Assembly: GCA_964507335.1 (NCBI GenBank)
Contig: CAZDPK010000003.1
Span: forward strand, 1,262-65,261
Origin: an uncultured Anaerolineaceae bacterium
GTDB lineage: Bacteria > Chloroflexota > Anaerolineae > Anaerolineales > Anaerolineaceae
DNA length: 64,000 nt
Direction: 5' to 3'
Shown: positions 55,344-64,000 of the stretch, piece after piece
Numbering within the stretch: the stretch's first letter is position 1
Layout: each line of letters opens with the position of its first letter
Notes under the pieces: generated by a model
Database searches by the model: none
The model's input: the letters and a program-made list of their open reading frames with translations, nothing else
Told to the model about the DNA's origin: nothing
Program-made: the position numbers and the translations under genes

Positions 55344-56492
55344 TCACTCTGCTTGCAAGATATGCGTGACGATATTTGAACCAGAGCCCCCAATGTTTTG
55401 GGTCAGCGCGTATTTAGGCCGTTTTACCTGGGTTGCGCCAGCGCGGTTCTGTAATTGCAGCGTTGCTTCCACCAATTGGTAAATGCCGGTTGCTCCGACA
55501 GGATGCCCACGAGCTTTCAGCCCTCCCAGGGTCGCCACAGGGATGTCGCTGTCAAACTTGATTTTGTCTTCAATGGCTAGTTTGGGTCCCTCACCAGGTT
55601 CGCAGAAACCGGCTGCTTCCAGGGAAAGCGCTGCCATGATCGAAAATGCGTCGTGATATTCAAACAGACCCATATCGGCAGGTGTTAAACCAGCTTGAGC
55701 ATAAGCAGCTTTAGTGGAGGTCTCAGCTGCAGTCAGGCGCGTGCCTACTTTTCGGTTTTGCAGTGAAAGCGTATCGGTCATTGAGGAAGATGCGATTATG
55801 GAAACGTTTTTTCGCGAGTTACGGATTGGATGGGCGGATAAAACAATGGCTGCAGCACCATCTGAAACCGGGGAGGCGTCCATCAGGTTGATCGGGTCTG
55901 CAATCATTGGTGATTTACCGAAGGCTTCTTTGCTGATCGCCTGCCTAAAACGAGCATTTGGATTGTGCACTGCGTTGGCGTGGGCATTGATGGAAAAATT
56001 GGAAAAATCAGCGTGTTCCCAGCCATATTCGTACATGTATCGGCGCATCAGGAGAGCGTTGAGTCCTACGAAGGATAAGCCAAAATCTGACTCTAACTCT
56101 GCGTCTGCAGCGGTGGCAAGGCTGCCGGTAATTTCATCACCCGGTGAATCGGTCATCTTTTCTGCGCCAATTACCAGGGCACTTTCCAACTCGCCACTGG
56201 CGATTGCCATGAGAGCCATGCGAAAAGCAGCGGAACCGGAGCTGCAGGCAGTTTCAATGGAGATAGCAGGTTTGTGGTGAAAACCGAGCCAGTCTGCCAA
56301 CAGGGTTGCCAGCTGTGCCTGGCGATTGGCAGTGATCGCCATCATATTGCCCACGAAGAGGGCGTCCGGATAGCCGATACCGGCATCATTCATTGCCATT
56401 ATGCCAGCGTCACCGGCTAACTCTTTCAGGGATTTATCCCAACTTTCGGAAACCGGCGTCTGCCCAATCCCTGCGATGTAAACTTTATTCAT
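55344..56492 (-). CDS. Thiolase-domain protein (SCP-x / archaeal-type acetyl-CoA C-acyltransferase-like)
   Basis: IAGIGQTPV, the active-site Cys region ETACSSGSAAFR, and C-terminal GHPVGATG and NIGGSG. Confidence 0.85.
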   Translation of the reverse strand: MNKVYIAGIGQTPVSESWDKSLKELAGDAGIMAMNDAGIGYPDALFVGNMMAITANRQAQLATLLADWLGFHHKPAISIETACSSGSAAFRMALMAIASGELESALVIGAEKMTDSPGDEITGSLATAADAELESDFGLSFVGLNALLMRRYMYEYGWEHADFSNFSINAHANAVHNPNARFRQAISKEAFGKSPMIADPINLMDASPVSDGAAAIVLSAHPIRNSRKNVSIIASSSMTDTLSLQNRKVGTRLTAAETSTKAAYAQAGLTPADMGLFEYHDAFSIMAALSLEAAGFCEPGEGPKLAIEDKIKFDSDIPVATLGGLKARGHPVGATGIYQLVEATLQLQNRAGATQVKRPKYALTQNIGGSGSNIVTHILQAE

Positions 56493-56687
56493 ACAACCTC
56501 TATCTGTTCATACGGCTGGATTTCACAGCCAGCCGCCACCTTTTGTCTATCTAACCTATGTTGGACGGAGCCTGCCCTCTTCATAAGGCTAGGTCTTGTT
56601 CGAGCTTCTTTTTTTTATTCAATTACAATATTGTAAGCAAAAATGCTCGCGAAAACTATCAAAAACGATACAAAAGAGGATTTTGAG

Positions 56688-57323
56688 ATGGATTACATTG
56701 ATATTACAGTCGGGATCAGAAACGGTATGCTTGTCTGGCCAGGGGATGAGCCGGTGCGAATTGGGTGGGAAAGCCGGATCGCAGATGGGGCTATGTCCAA
56801 TGTCAGTTCCATTCAGATTGGCGCGCATGTCGGCACTCATATCGATTTACCTCTGCATTTTATTGACGGCGCAGCTAACCTGGACGACTTGGATTTATCT
56901 CTTTTGATAGGTCCGGTAACCGTTGTTGAAGTCCCAGAAGAAAAAAACAGAATCGATGCGGATTTTCTTGAATCTCTGGACTTAAAGGATGTTACCAGGT
57001 TACTCTTTAAGACTTCTAATAGCAAGTTGTGGAATAACCCATCAGATTCTTTTTTTACTGAATATGTGGCAGTTGAAAGCGGTGCTGCTCAGTGGTTGGT
57101 TGAACGTGGCTGTAAACTGGTTGGGATTGACTATCTTTCAATAGCTCCTTATGACGATTCAACCACGCCACATGAAATTCTTCTTTCAAATAATGTTGTA
57201 ATTATTGAGACACTTGATCTTCGACATGTTCAGCCTGGAGAATATGAGTTGCTCTGTTTACCGCTTAAGCTTCTCTCTCGAGAAGCGGCACCGGTTCGGG
57301 CCATCCTAAAGCGAACCCAATAA
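56688..57323 (+). CDS. Cyclase-family protein (arylformamidase / kynurenine formamidase-like)
   Basis: The IGAHVGTHIDLPLHF metal motif and GIDYLSI. Start taken at ATG 56688 with RBS aaagagga. Confidence 0.82.
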   Translation: MDYIDITVGIRNGMLVWPGDEPVRIGWESRIADGAMSNVSSIQIGAHVGTHIDLPLHFIDGAANLDDLDLSLLIGPVTVVEVPEEKNRIDADFLESLDLKDVTRLLFKTSNSKLWNNPSDSFFTEYVAVESGAAQWLVERGCKLVGIDYLSIAPYDDSTTPHEILLSNNVVIIETLDLRHVQPGEYELLCLPLKLLSREAAPVRAILKRTQ

Positions 57324-57469
57324 ATTACCTAGCATTGCGCGTAGCCACAAATTTTATTCGGCTCGTCGATTTTTTTTAGTTTTAGATTGTTGCATAAATT
57401 TCTGGAAACGAAAAAACAAATGGAGCTTGATGTCCTTTTTCCATCGAATGAATACCTGTGGGCAAACGC

Positions 57470-58246
57470 TTACTCGATAACAGGCATGGTCAACAGGTGG
57501 AAGGCAAGGGTTTCGAGGTCGCGTGCTTTTTTGCTGGCACCGAGATCTTCGAGTATTTCATCAATATGGGCTTTGATGACAGTGTCGTTTTCAAGAATGC
57601 TGTGGAAGTTCTGATTTTCGTCCAAAAGCTCACTCAAACCGAGATGATCGTACAGCTCACTGACAACACCATAGCTCCATTGATCCGAAATTTTCAACTC
57701 ATCCGCCAGATCACGCCGTCCGATAGAGAAGATTATGGCCAGCCTGGCAATTTCGCTTTGTCTTTCGGTGAGCCCAGGGTAATGCTTGGATCGCAGAACG
57801 AGCCGATCTTTTGGCACCGTAAAGTTAGCCTCCCAGGCATCTTCCATGCCTCGTGGTGTAAAAACCGACTTTCCTTCAGTTGCAAACGTGATCGCCCAGC
57901 CCAATGAAGTCTCGATTTCTTTTTTGTAAAGCAAACCGGCTATGACAGAATCTGGAAGGTACTTAAAGAAATCAGGTTTTTGGTTTCGGCACAGTCCAAT
58001 TACTTTCAGATCATGACTGGCGTTCTCAATATCAATACCCGCCTGTTTTAAGTCGCTGGCACTGTCGATATCCATGACGATACCATCACACATAAGATAT
58101 TGCTGACTGAGGAATTCCGACAACTCAGCCGGGCTGGTTAATTCCGCCACAACCCGAGTACGCCAATCGCGGACCACCAGCAAGGATATCCAGTCCAGAA
58201 CATAAGCATCTTCACTATACAAAGCAATGAGAATATCTTGTTTCAA
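57470..58246 (-). CDS. Response-regulator-like protein with a divergent LuxR/GerE-type HTH
   Basis: Receiver-like N-terminus (ILIALYSEDAY, CDGIVMDIDS, KVIGLC, AGLLYKKE). C-terminal part is LTERQSEIARLAIIFSIGRRDLADELKISDQWSYGVVSELYDHLG. I prefer the TTG at 58246, preceded by GGAGGT, to the ORF-track start of 58264. Confidence 0.6.
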   Translation of the reverse strand: MKQDILIALYSEDAYVLDWISLLVVRDWRTRVVAELTSPAELSEFLSQQYLMCDGIVMDIDSASDLKQAGIDIENASHDLKVIGLCRNQKPDFFKYLPDSVIAGLLYKKEIETSLGWAITFATEGKSVFTPRGMEDAWEANFTVPKDRLVLRSKHYPGLTERQSEIARLAIIFSIGRRDLADELKISDQWSYGVVSELYDHLGLSELLDENQNFHSILENDTVIKAHIDEILEDLGASKKARDLETLAFHLLTMPVIE

Positions 58247-58314
58247 AAGTGCACCTCCACACAAGAATTGCTGAATTATAATATTATCATTCCAAATGCT
58301 AACGAGGAGATAAG

Positions 58315-59286
58315 ATGAACAAAAGTATTGCTGTTTTGACTAGTGGAGGGGATGCTCCTGGTATGAATGCGGCTATTCGAGCCGTTGTGCGAACAGGAAT
58401 CAAGAACGGGTGGGATGTATACGGCGTTCGTAACGGTTACCAGGGTTTGATCAATGGTCAATTCGAGCGTATGACAACTCGCGATGTCGGTGGAATTTTG
58501 CAGCGGGGCGGCACCATTTTAGGAAGTGCTCGTTGTGCAGAATTTACCACAGTCGAAGGCCGAGCCCTTGCAATTCGAAATCTTAACCAAAGAGGAGTGG
58601 AAGCGCTGGTTGTGATTGGCGGTAATGGTTCTCAGACTGGTGCCTATGAACTGAACAAAATGGGCTTTCCTGTGGTAGGAGTTGCTTCTACGATAGATAA
58701 CGACCTCGTTGGCACAGAGATTACCATTGGCGTTGATACCGCCTTGAATATTGCGCTGGAAGCGATCGACCGCCTGAAAGTGACTGCTACATCGCATCAA
58801 AGGGCTTTTATTCTCGAAGTCATGGGACGAAAGTGTGGTTATCTGGCATTAGCCGCTGGATTGGCTGGCGGTGCGGAAGCAATTACTCTGCCAGAACGAG
58901 AAACCGATCCGGAAGAAATCGCAGAAACACTGAGCAAGGCGTATGAACACGGCAAAAACCACGCATTGATCGTTGCTGCAGAAGGAGCTGACTACAACGC
59001 TGCCAAATTGACGGAGTTTTTTAAAGAACACAGAGACCGACTGGGCTTCAGTGTTCGATCAACCATTCTCGGTCATGTTCAACGGGGTGGCGAGCCAGGT
59101 GCGGCTGACAGGATTTTGGCTTCAAGGTTGGGTTGTGGCGCAGTGCAGGCAATTACAAGAGGAGAGTACGGCGTTTTGGTGGGGCTTAATCAAAACAAAG
59201 TCACGACTACTCCTTACGAGGAAATAGTTGGCAAAACGAGAGAGCTCGATGAAGGTCTTTTTGAGCTTGCAAGACTTTTGGACTAA
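58315..59286 (+). CDS. pfkA: ATP-dependent 6-phosphofructokinase
   Basis: IAVLTSGGDAPGMNAAIRAVVR, IGGNGS, TIDNDL and MGRKCGYLA. Confidence 0.95.
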   Translation: MNKSIAVLTSGGDAPGMNAAIRAVVRTGIKNGWDVYGVRNGYQGLINGQFERMTTRDVGGILQRGGTILGSARCAEFTTVEGRALAIRNLNQRGVEALVVIGGNGSQTGAYELNKMGFPVVGVASTIDNDLVGTEITIGVDTALNIALEAIDRLKVTATSHQRAFILEVMGRKCGYLALAAGLAGGAEAITLPERETDPEEIAETLSKAYEHGKNHALIVAAEGADYNAAKLTEFFKEHRDRLGFSVRSTILGHVQRGGEPGAADRILASRLGCGAVQAITRGEYGVLVGLNQNKVTTTPYEEIVGKTRELDEGLFELARLLD

Positions 59287-59310
59287 TCCTTGAGTCATTA
59301 CCAGTACAAA

Positions 59311-59350
59311 ATGAAAACGACCTTTATGTAGAGATCGTTTTCATTTTTAA
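59311..59350 (+). terminator. Rho-independent terminator after pfkA
   Basis: 10-bp stem atgaaaacga / tcgttttcat (59311-59320 and 59335-59344), followed by tttt. Confidence 0.7.
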
Positions 59351-59463
59351 TTCAAACTAATCGTTGGTTTGTTAATGTCTTTCTTTAATGAGAAGGTGGA
59401 ATTGGCTATGCTGCTTGGTTGAGCCCAAAACAGGTCAGAAGCGGAACACAGCCTAAGAAATTG

Positions 59464-60541
59464 TTAGCGCATCCGTAAATAGGCTTCGATGAAGCTGTCC
59501 AGGTTTCCGTCCAACACAGATTGGGTGTTACCTGTTTCATAATCAGTGCGGTGGTCTTTGACCATTTGGTAGGGATGGAGCACATATGACCTGATCTGGC
59601 TGCCCCATTCCACCTTCTTGAACTCGCCTTTTAGATCCGAAATCTCATCTTCATGTGCCTGCTGTTGAAGTTCAAATAGTCTTGAACGCAGCACTTTTAA
59701 GGCAGATTCTCGGTTTTGGGTCTGGGAACGCTCATTCTGGCAGGTTACTACCAACCCTGAAGCGATGTGGATGATCCGCACAGCAGTCATATTCTTCTGT
59801 ACATTTTGTCCGCCTGCGCCAGAGGATTTGTAAACTTCAATCTCAATATCCTCGGGACGGATAACGATGTCTTCGTTGCCTTCGATTTCCGGCAAAACTT
59901 CGACTAAGGCAAAAGAGGTATGGCGGCGATGGGCAGCATCAAAGGGAGAAAGCCTTACCAGCCTATGTACGCCTTTTTCTGCCTTGAGATAGCCGTAAGC
60001 CAGCTCACCTGTCACTGAAATGGTGACTGACTTGATGCCAGCTTCTTCGCCCATGGTTCGGTCCAAAACTTCAGTCTTATATCCGTTGTTCTCAGCCCAG
60101 CGCAGATACATGCGCTCGAGCATTCCAGCCCAGTCCTGGGAATCAGTGCCACCTGCACCGGCATGAATTGCCAACAGGGCGTTACCATGGTCATAGCGAC
60201 CGGAAAGCAGCAGGCTGATTTCTTTTTTCGCCATCAGTTCTTCGAGATCATCCACGTGCTGGTCTATCTCTTCGGTCAGGCTGCCATCATCGAGCTCCCA
60301 TAAGGCAGATAGCCCTTGAACCTGGTTCTGCAGTTCGGTCCATTCACCAATCTGGTCATCCAGGTAGGCGATACGTTTCATGACAGACTGAGCGGTAGTA
60401 GGATCATCCCAGAAGCCGGTCTCTTCACTTCGTTTGTGTAATTTTGATAATTCCTCAGCTTTTTCAGCTAAGTCAAAGATGCTCCAAAAGAGAATTGAAT
60501 TGATCTTCCAAAGACTTGATACGGTCGGTCAGTTCGGCCAT
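59464..60541 (-). CDS. prfB: Peptide chain release factor 2, expressed through a programmed +1 frameshift
   Basis: Frame 0 from ATG 60541 reads MAELTDRIKSLEDQFNSLLEHL, then TGA. After a +1 shift at CTT TGA C the reading continues DLAEKAEELSKLHKRSEETGFWDDPTTAQSVMKRIAYL into the 305-aa track ORF, which carries the SPF and GGQ motifs. Confidence 0.93.
60472..60485 (-). other. RF2 +1 frameshift site with an internal Shine-Dalgarno-like element
   Basis: The minus strand reads GGAG CAT CTT TGA C. This is the same architecture as the E. coli site GGGGG UAU CUU UGA C. Confidence 0.9.
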
Positions 60542-60542
60542 G

Positions 60543-61463
60543 CTAAATTCCTTCATTTTTGGTAAAGATGCTATCTATAAAAGAGTTTTTGTCGAAAACC
60601 TGCAGATCTTCAATTTTCTCACCTAAACCAGCGTAAATCACTGGCAGTCCAAGCTGATCTTTAATAGCGAAGACCATGCCACCTTTGGCGGAAGTGTCCA
60701 ATTTTGCCAATATCGCACCGTTCAGATTCACAGCTTTGCCAAATGCTTCCGCTTGGTTAAGCGCGTTTTGGCCGGTGGTCGTATCAATTACGATCCAGGA
60801 GTAATGCGGTGCACCTGGTAGAGCTTTTTCAGCTACTCGATAGACCTTTTTAATCTCTTCCATCAGGTTGTAACGAGTGTGCAAACGTCCAGCTGTATCA
60901 ATCAGAACAATATCAATATCGCGGGCAACGGCAGCACGGATTCCGTCAAAGGTCACTGCACCAGGATCGCTGTTTTGTTGACCGGTGATAATAGGAACGC
61001 CCACGCGTTCTGCCCAGATCTCAAGCTGGTCAGCAGCGGCTGCTCGGTAGGTGTCAGCACCAACCAGGAGGACGGACTTCCCCATGTTCTTGTAGCGGGC
61101 AGCCAGTTTACCGATTGAGGTTGTTTTACCTGAGCCATTCACCCCTGCAACCATGATCACGGTAGGTTTCTGAGAAAAATCCGGTTCCACCGCCTCAAAT
61201 AACAGTTTGGAAAGTTCATCTTTCAGCAGGGACTCCAATTGCGAAGTCCGGGTAAGCCCAAGTTCATCTGTTTTTTCGATGGCTGTGTCAACCAGATCGA
61301 GTGTAGTCTGAACGCCAACATCAGCCTGAATGAGCAATTCTTCCAGGTTATCAAAAGTATCATCGTCGATCTCGGTGGCACCAAATAACGTGGCAATCTT
61401 GCCAAAAGTGGTTTCACGAGTTTTTTGAAGGCTATCACGCCATTTCTTGAATAAGTTGTCCAT
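60543..61463 (-). CDS. ftsY: Signal recognition particle receptor FtsY (NG domain only)
   Basis: GVNGSGKTTSIGKLA, DTAGRL, and AKLDTSAKGG with GLGEKIEDL. Its stop lies 1 nt before the prfB start. Confidence 0.95.
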   Translation of the reverse strand: MDNLFKKWRDSLQKTRETTFGKIATLFGATEIDDDTFDNLEELLIQADVGVQTTLDLVDTAIEKTDELGLTRTSQLESLLKDELSKLLFEAVEPDFSQKPTVIMVAGVNGSGKTTSIGKLAARYKNMGKSVLLVGADTYRAAAADQLEIWAERVGVPIITGQQNSDPGAVTFDGIRAAVARDIDIVLIDTAGRLHTRYNLMEEIKKVYRVAEKALPGAPHYSWIVIDTTTGQNALNQAEAFGKAVNLNGAILAKLDTSAKGGMVFAIKDQLGLPVIYAGLGEKIEDLQVFDKNSFIDSIFTKNEGI

Positions 61464-61478
61464 AGACTCTGGATTATA

Positions 61479-62522
61479 TCATTCGGATTGTTGGGATTGC
61501 GCCAGCTGACCACAGCCGGCATTGATTTCAATACCGCGCCGCATTCGGATTGAACAAGGTATGCCATAATCCTTCAGTATCTTCGCAAACGCGTTCACCC
61601 TTTCCTGGCCTGACCCAGGCATTGGGTATTCCTTGCTGGGATTTAACGCGATCAAATTTACATGGCAGAGCATCCCTCTGATCAAACTGATCAGCTGCTT
61701 GGCTTGATTATCACTGTCATTCACGCCGTTTATCAAAGCGTACTCGAATGTGATCCTGCGACGGGTTCTATCGGTATATTCTGTACAGGCTGCTATCAAC
61801 GATTTGAGAGGATTCAACCGGTTTGCCGGCACAAGTTGTGAACGCAATTCGTTTTCAGGAGCGTGCAGGCTGACAGCGAGGTTGACCTGGGAATCGAGCT
61901 CGGTGAATTCTCTAAGTTTGGATATGATACCTACCGTGCTTATAGTAATGCGTCGGGCACCAAAATTGAATAATTCCGAACTCGTCAGGGTCTCAATTGT
62001 GCGCATCAAGGCAGGGTAGTTCAGAAAAGGTTCTCCCATCCCCATGAAGACAATGTTGGATAATTTTTCACCACTTTGCTCCAGCGTCCTCATTACGAAA
62101 AGAATTTGACCCAATATTTCGCCAGCACTGAGGTTACGTGTAAAGCCCATTTGACCCGTGGCGCAAAAAACACAACCCAACGGGCAACCAACCTGGGTGG
62201 AAACGCAGACCGTGTTGCGATCAGAATACTTCATCAGAACTGTTTCGATACGGCTGCCTCGCTGTACCTCAAACAAGTATTTGACGGTTTTCTTATCCCT
62301 GGAAACGATTGATTCCACGGAGACAATCGGATCGATCAGGAAGTTGGCTTCCAGTTCGACTTTGAGGGTATTGGGCAGGTTGCCGAACGCAGAAAAATCT
62401 CGATAATGATGTTTATAGATGCCTTCGAGTATCTGCTTGGTGCGAAAAGCAGGTTGATTCAGTTTTTTAAGCTCTTCAACCAACTCATCTTTATTCAGGT
62501 CGAGCAGGATTTGTTTATCCAT
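61479..62522 (-). CDS. rlmN: 23S rRNA/tRNA (adenine-C2)-methyltransferase RlmN (radical SAM)
   Basis: FRTKQILEGIYK, the CPLGCVFCATG radical-SAM cluster motif, and C-terminal GIEINAGCGQL. Confidence 0.92.
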   Translation of the reverse strand: MDKQILLDLNKDELVEELKKLNQPAFRTKQILEGIYKHHYRDFSAFGNLPNTLKVELEANFLIDPIVSVESIVSRDKKTVKYLFEVQRGSRIETVLMKYSDRNTVCVSTQVGCPLGCVFCATGQMGFTRNLSAGEILGQILFVMRTLEQSGEKLSNIVFMGMGEPFLNYPALMRTIETLTSSELFNFGARRITISTVGIISKLREFTELDSQVNLAVSLHAPENELRSQLVPANRLNPLKSLIAACTEYTDRTRRRITFEYALINGVNDSDNQAKQLISLIRGMLCHVNLIALNPSKEYPMPGSGQERVNAFAKILKDYGIPCSIRMRRGIEINAGCGQLAQSQQSE

Positions 62523-63312
62523 TGATTAATGCCGCCAAATTTTCTACGATGATATCAGGTTTCGGTTCCCAGGTTGCCAGGTCCAGAAGCGTGTTTACAC
62601 CAGAAAGAACAAGAGCTGAGTGGAAACCTCCATTATACGCACCGAGGATATCGGTTGAGAGGCGGTCGCCGACGCAAAGAACTTCAGTGGGTGTTAGCCC
62701 CATAACCTTCATCGCCTGGATGTATAAACTGGAAGAGGGTTTCCCAATCACTAAAGGCTCTTTGCCAGAGGCTGTCTGAACTGCCGCAACCATGGTACCA
62801 GCACCAGGAATCATCCCGGCGGGGGTTGGGTAGGTAGCGTCGGTATTGGTAGCAATAAATTCAGCTCCAGAACGGATTTGCTTTGCGGCAAAGGTGATCT
62901 TTTCGTAAGTCAAAGCCGGGTCAAGACCCACAATAACCAGATCGGCTTGCCTTTGTTCACCTTCCAACAACAGGTCAAAACCTCTTCTTCGTGCGTCCTT
63001 TTTCAAAGAGTCAGAGCCAACGATAAAGACCACTTTTTTTTCTGGAAAATTGGATTGTAAATAGTGAAAAGTCGCAACAGCACTGGTAAGTATCTGTTCT
63101 GCCTTAACCTGGACCCCAAAACCAGCCAATTTTTCCACATATTCCTGGATAGTCTTGGTGGCGTTGTTTGTTGCCAATACAAAATCGAGCCCAAGATCAC
63201 GAATTTGTGAAAAAATTTCGGATAGATTGCCAATTGGTTCGGTATCATGCCAAAGAACCCCATCCATATCGAGGATGAGGCCTTTGAGCATAGGGAAATG
63301 ATCTTTGATCAT
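62515..63312 (-). CDS. HAD-IIA family phosphatase (NagD-like)
   Basis: LILDMDGVLW (DxD nucleophile), ATNNATKT and VGDRLSTDI. Confidence 0.85.
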   Translation of the reverse strand: MIKDHFPMLKGLILDMDGVLWHDTEPIGNLSEIFSQIRDLGLDFVLATNNATKTIQEYVEKLAGFGVQVKAEQILTSAVATFHYLQSNFPEKKVVFIVGSDSLKKDARRRGFDLLLEGEQRQADLVIVGLDPALTYEKITFAAKQIRSGAEFIATNTDATYPTPAGMIPGAGTMVAAVQTASGKEPLVIGKPSSSLYIQAMKVMGLTPTEVLCVGDRLSTDILGAYNGGFHSALVLSGVNTLLDLATWEPKPDIIVENLAALING

Positions 63313-63314
63313 TT

Positions 63315-63926
63315 CTACTTTTGTGGGGGTGTTAAAACTTTGTCGATCAACCCATACTTTAATGCCTGTTCCGCGGTCATATAGAAATCGCGGTCAGTAT
63401 CTTTTTGAATTACATCCAAAGGTTGACCTGTTACGTCTGCAAAGAAATTATTCAAATCTGATTTGAGGCGAAGGATTTCTTTTGCCATAATCTCAATATC
63501 CGAGGCTTGTCCTTCGGTACCGCCCAAGGGTTGGTGCAGGTGAATTGTCGCGTGTGGCAAGGCATAGCGCTGACCTTTGGTGCCACCGGCAAGCAAAACA
63601 GTGCCAAAACTGGCGGTTACACCAACCGCCACTGTGCTAATCGGGTTAGGGATCATTTGCATCGTATCCAGGATAGCCAGACCGGCATAAATTGAGCCAC
63701 CAGGAGAGTTGATGTACATTTGGATCGACTTATCCGGGTCAATTTGGCTTAGGTAAAGAAGCTGAGCAACAATAACATTCGCGACCTGGTCGTTAATGGC
63801 TGAGCCAACGAAAACGATACGTTCCTTGAGCAGTAAAGAGTAAATATCATACGCACGATCACCGTTAGCGGTTCGTTCTACCACCATGGGAATCACTGAT
63901 TGAAAATCATTGTTTTGCATATTCAT
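63315..63926 (-). CDS. clpP: ATP-dependent Clp protease proteolytic subunit
   Basis: [15 protein letters not shown], with catalytic Ser in GVTASFGT and His in IHLHQP; 203 aa. Confidence 0.95.
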   Translation of the reverse strand: MNMQNNDFQSVIPMVVERTANGDRAYDIYSLLLKERIVFVGSAINDQVANVIVAQLLYLSQIDPDKSIQMYINSPGGSIYAGLAILDTMQMIPNPISTVAVGVTASFGTVLLAGGTKGQRYALPHATIHLHQPLGGTEGQASDIEIMAKEILRLKSDLNNFFADVTGQPLDVIQKDTDRDFYMTAEQALKYGLIDKVLTPPQK

Positions 63927-63969
63927 GTCCTTTCATACTGCAGTTTACCGGCAGATTATTAGAATATCG

Positions 63970-64000
63970 TTAGTCTTCAGCCACTTCTTCTGAAGGCTCT
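63970..64000 (-). CDS. 3' end of an upstream gene (possibly trigger factor, judged only by the usual tig-clpP order)
   Basis: The minus-strand frame reads ...EPSEEVAED followed by a stop (TAA at 63972-63970). Only 10 codons are visible. Confidence 0.3.
   Translation of the reverse strand, partial: EPSEEVAED

Noticed and set aside
1-64000. CRISPR arrays, IS elements, integrases, toxin-antitoxin pairs and known defence-system signatures.
   Set aside because: Reading every intergenic region and the ORF list, I found no direct-repeat/spacer structure, no transposase or recombinase motifs, and no small overlapping gene pair resembling a TA module.

Overview
Gene-dense chromosomal window with about 60 CDS, 2 tRNAs and 1 glmS ribozyme. 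I saw no rRNA, CRISPR array, transposase, integrase or long repeat. Gene content and protein features (PT-rich linkers, a tandem-HTH RodZ-like protein, extended S18 and L9) suggest a Chloroflexota/Anaerolineae-type genome, but that is only an impression. Most of the window is housekeeping: rimO, rplI, glmS, mrp, ricT, tatCAB, scpA, rnc-smc, rpsF-rpsR, ftsZ, pfkA, prfB, ftsY, rlmN and clpP. The stand-out region is 2600-20665, an 18-kb run of 16 same-strand, mostly overlapping genes. It joins a B12-type acyl-CoA mutase and epimerase, an SsnA-like amidohydrolase, an F420 module (npdG-like, cofE, cofD, cofC, an LLM F420 oxidoreductase) and a thioesterase. It continues with a YgfM/XdhD-like molybdenum hydroxylase, a CBS-pyrophosphatase, XdhC, a second molybdenum hydroxylase and MocA. 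I read this as a candidate deazaflavin-linked molybdenum-hydroxylase catabolic pathway of the SsnA/XdhD type; this is inference, and neither substrate nor selenium dependence can be seen in the sequence. Other items worth a second look are a non-canonical ftsZ operon (an unknown 424-aa protein upstream, two small unknown proteins downstream, no ftsA or ftsQ here), a two-gene unknown module next to tRNA-Arg, an unexplained 434-nt leader before the supercluster, the glmS ribozyme, and the prfB +1 frameshift that the ORF track splits. All family assignments come from motifs read by eye and remembered family signatures. No database search was run.
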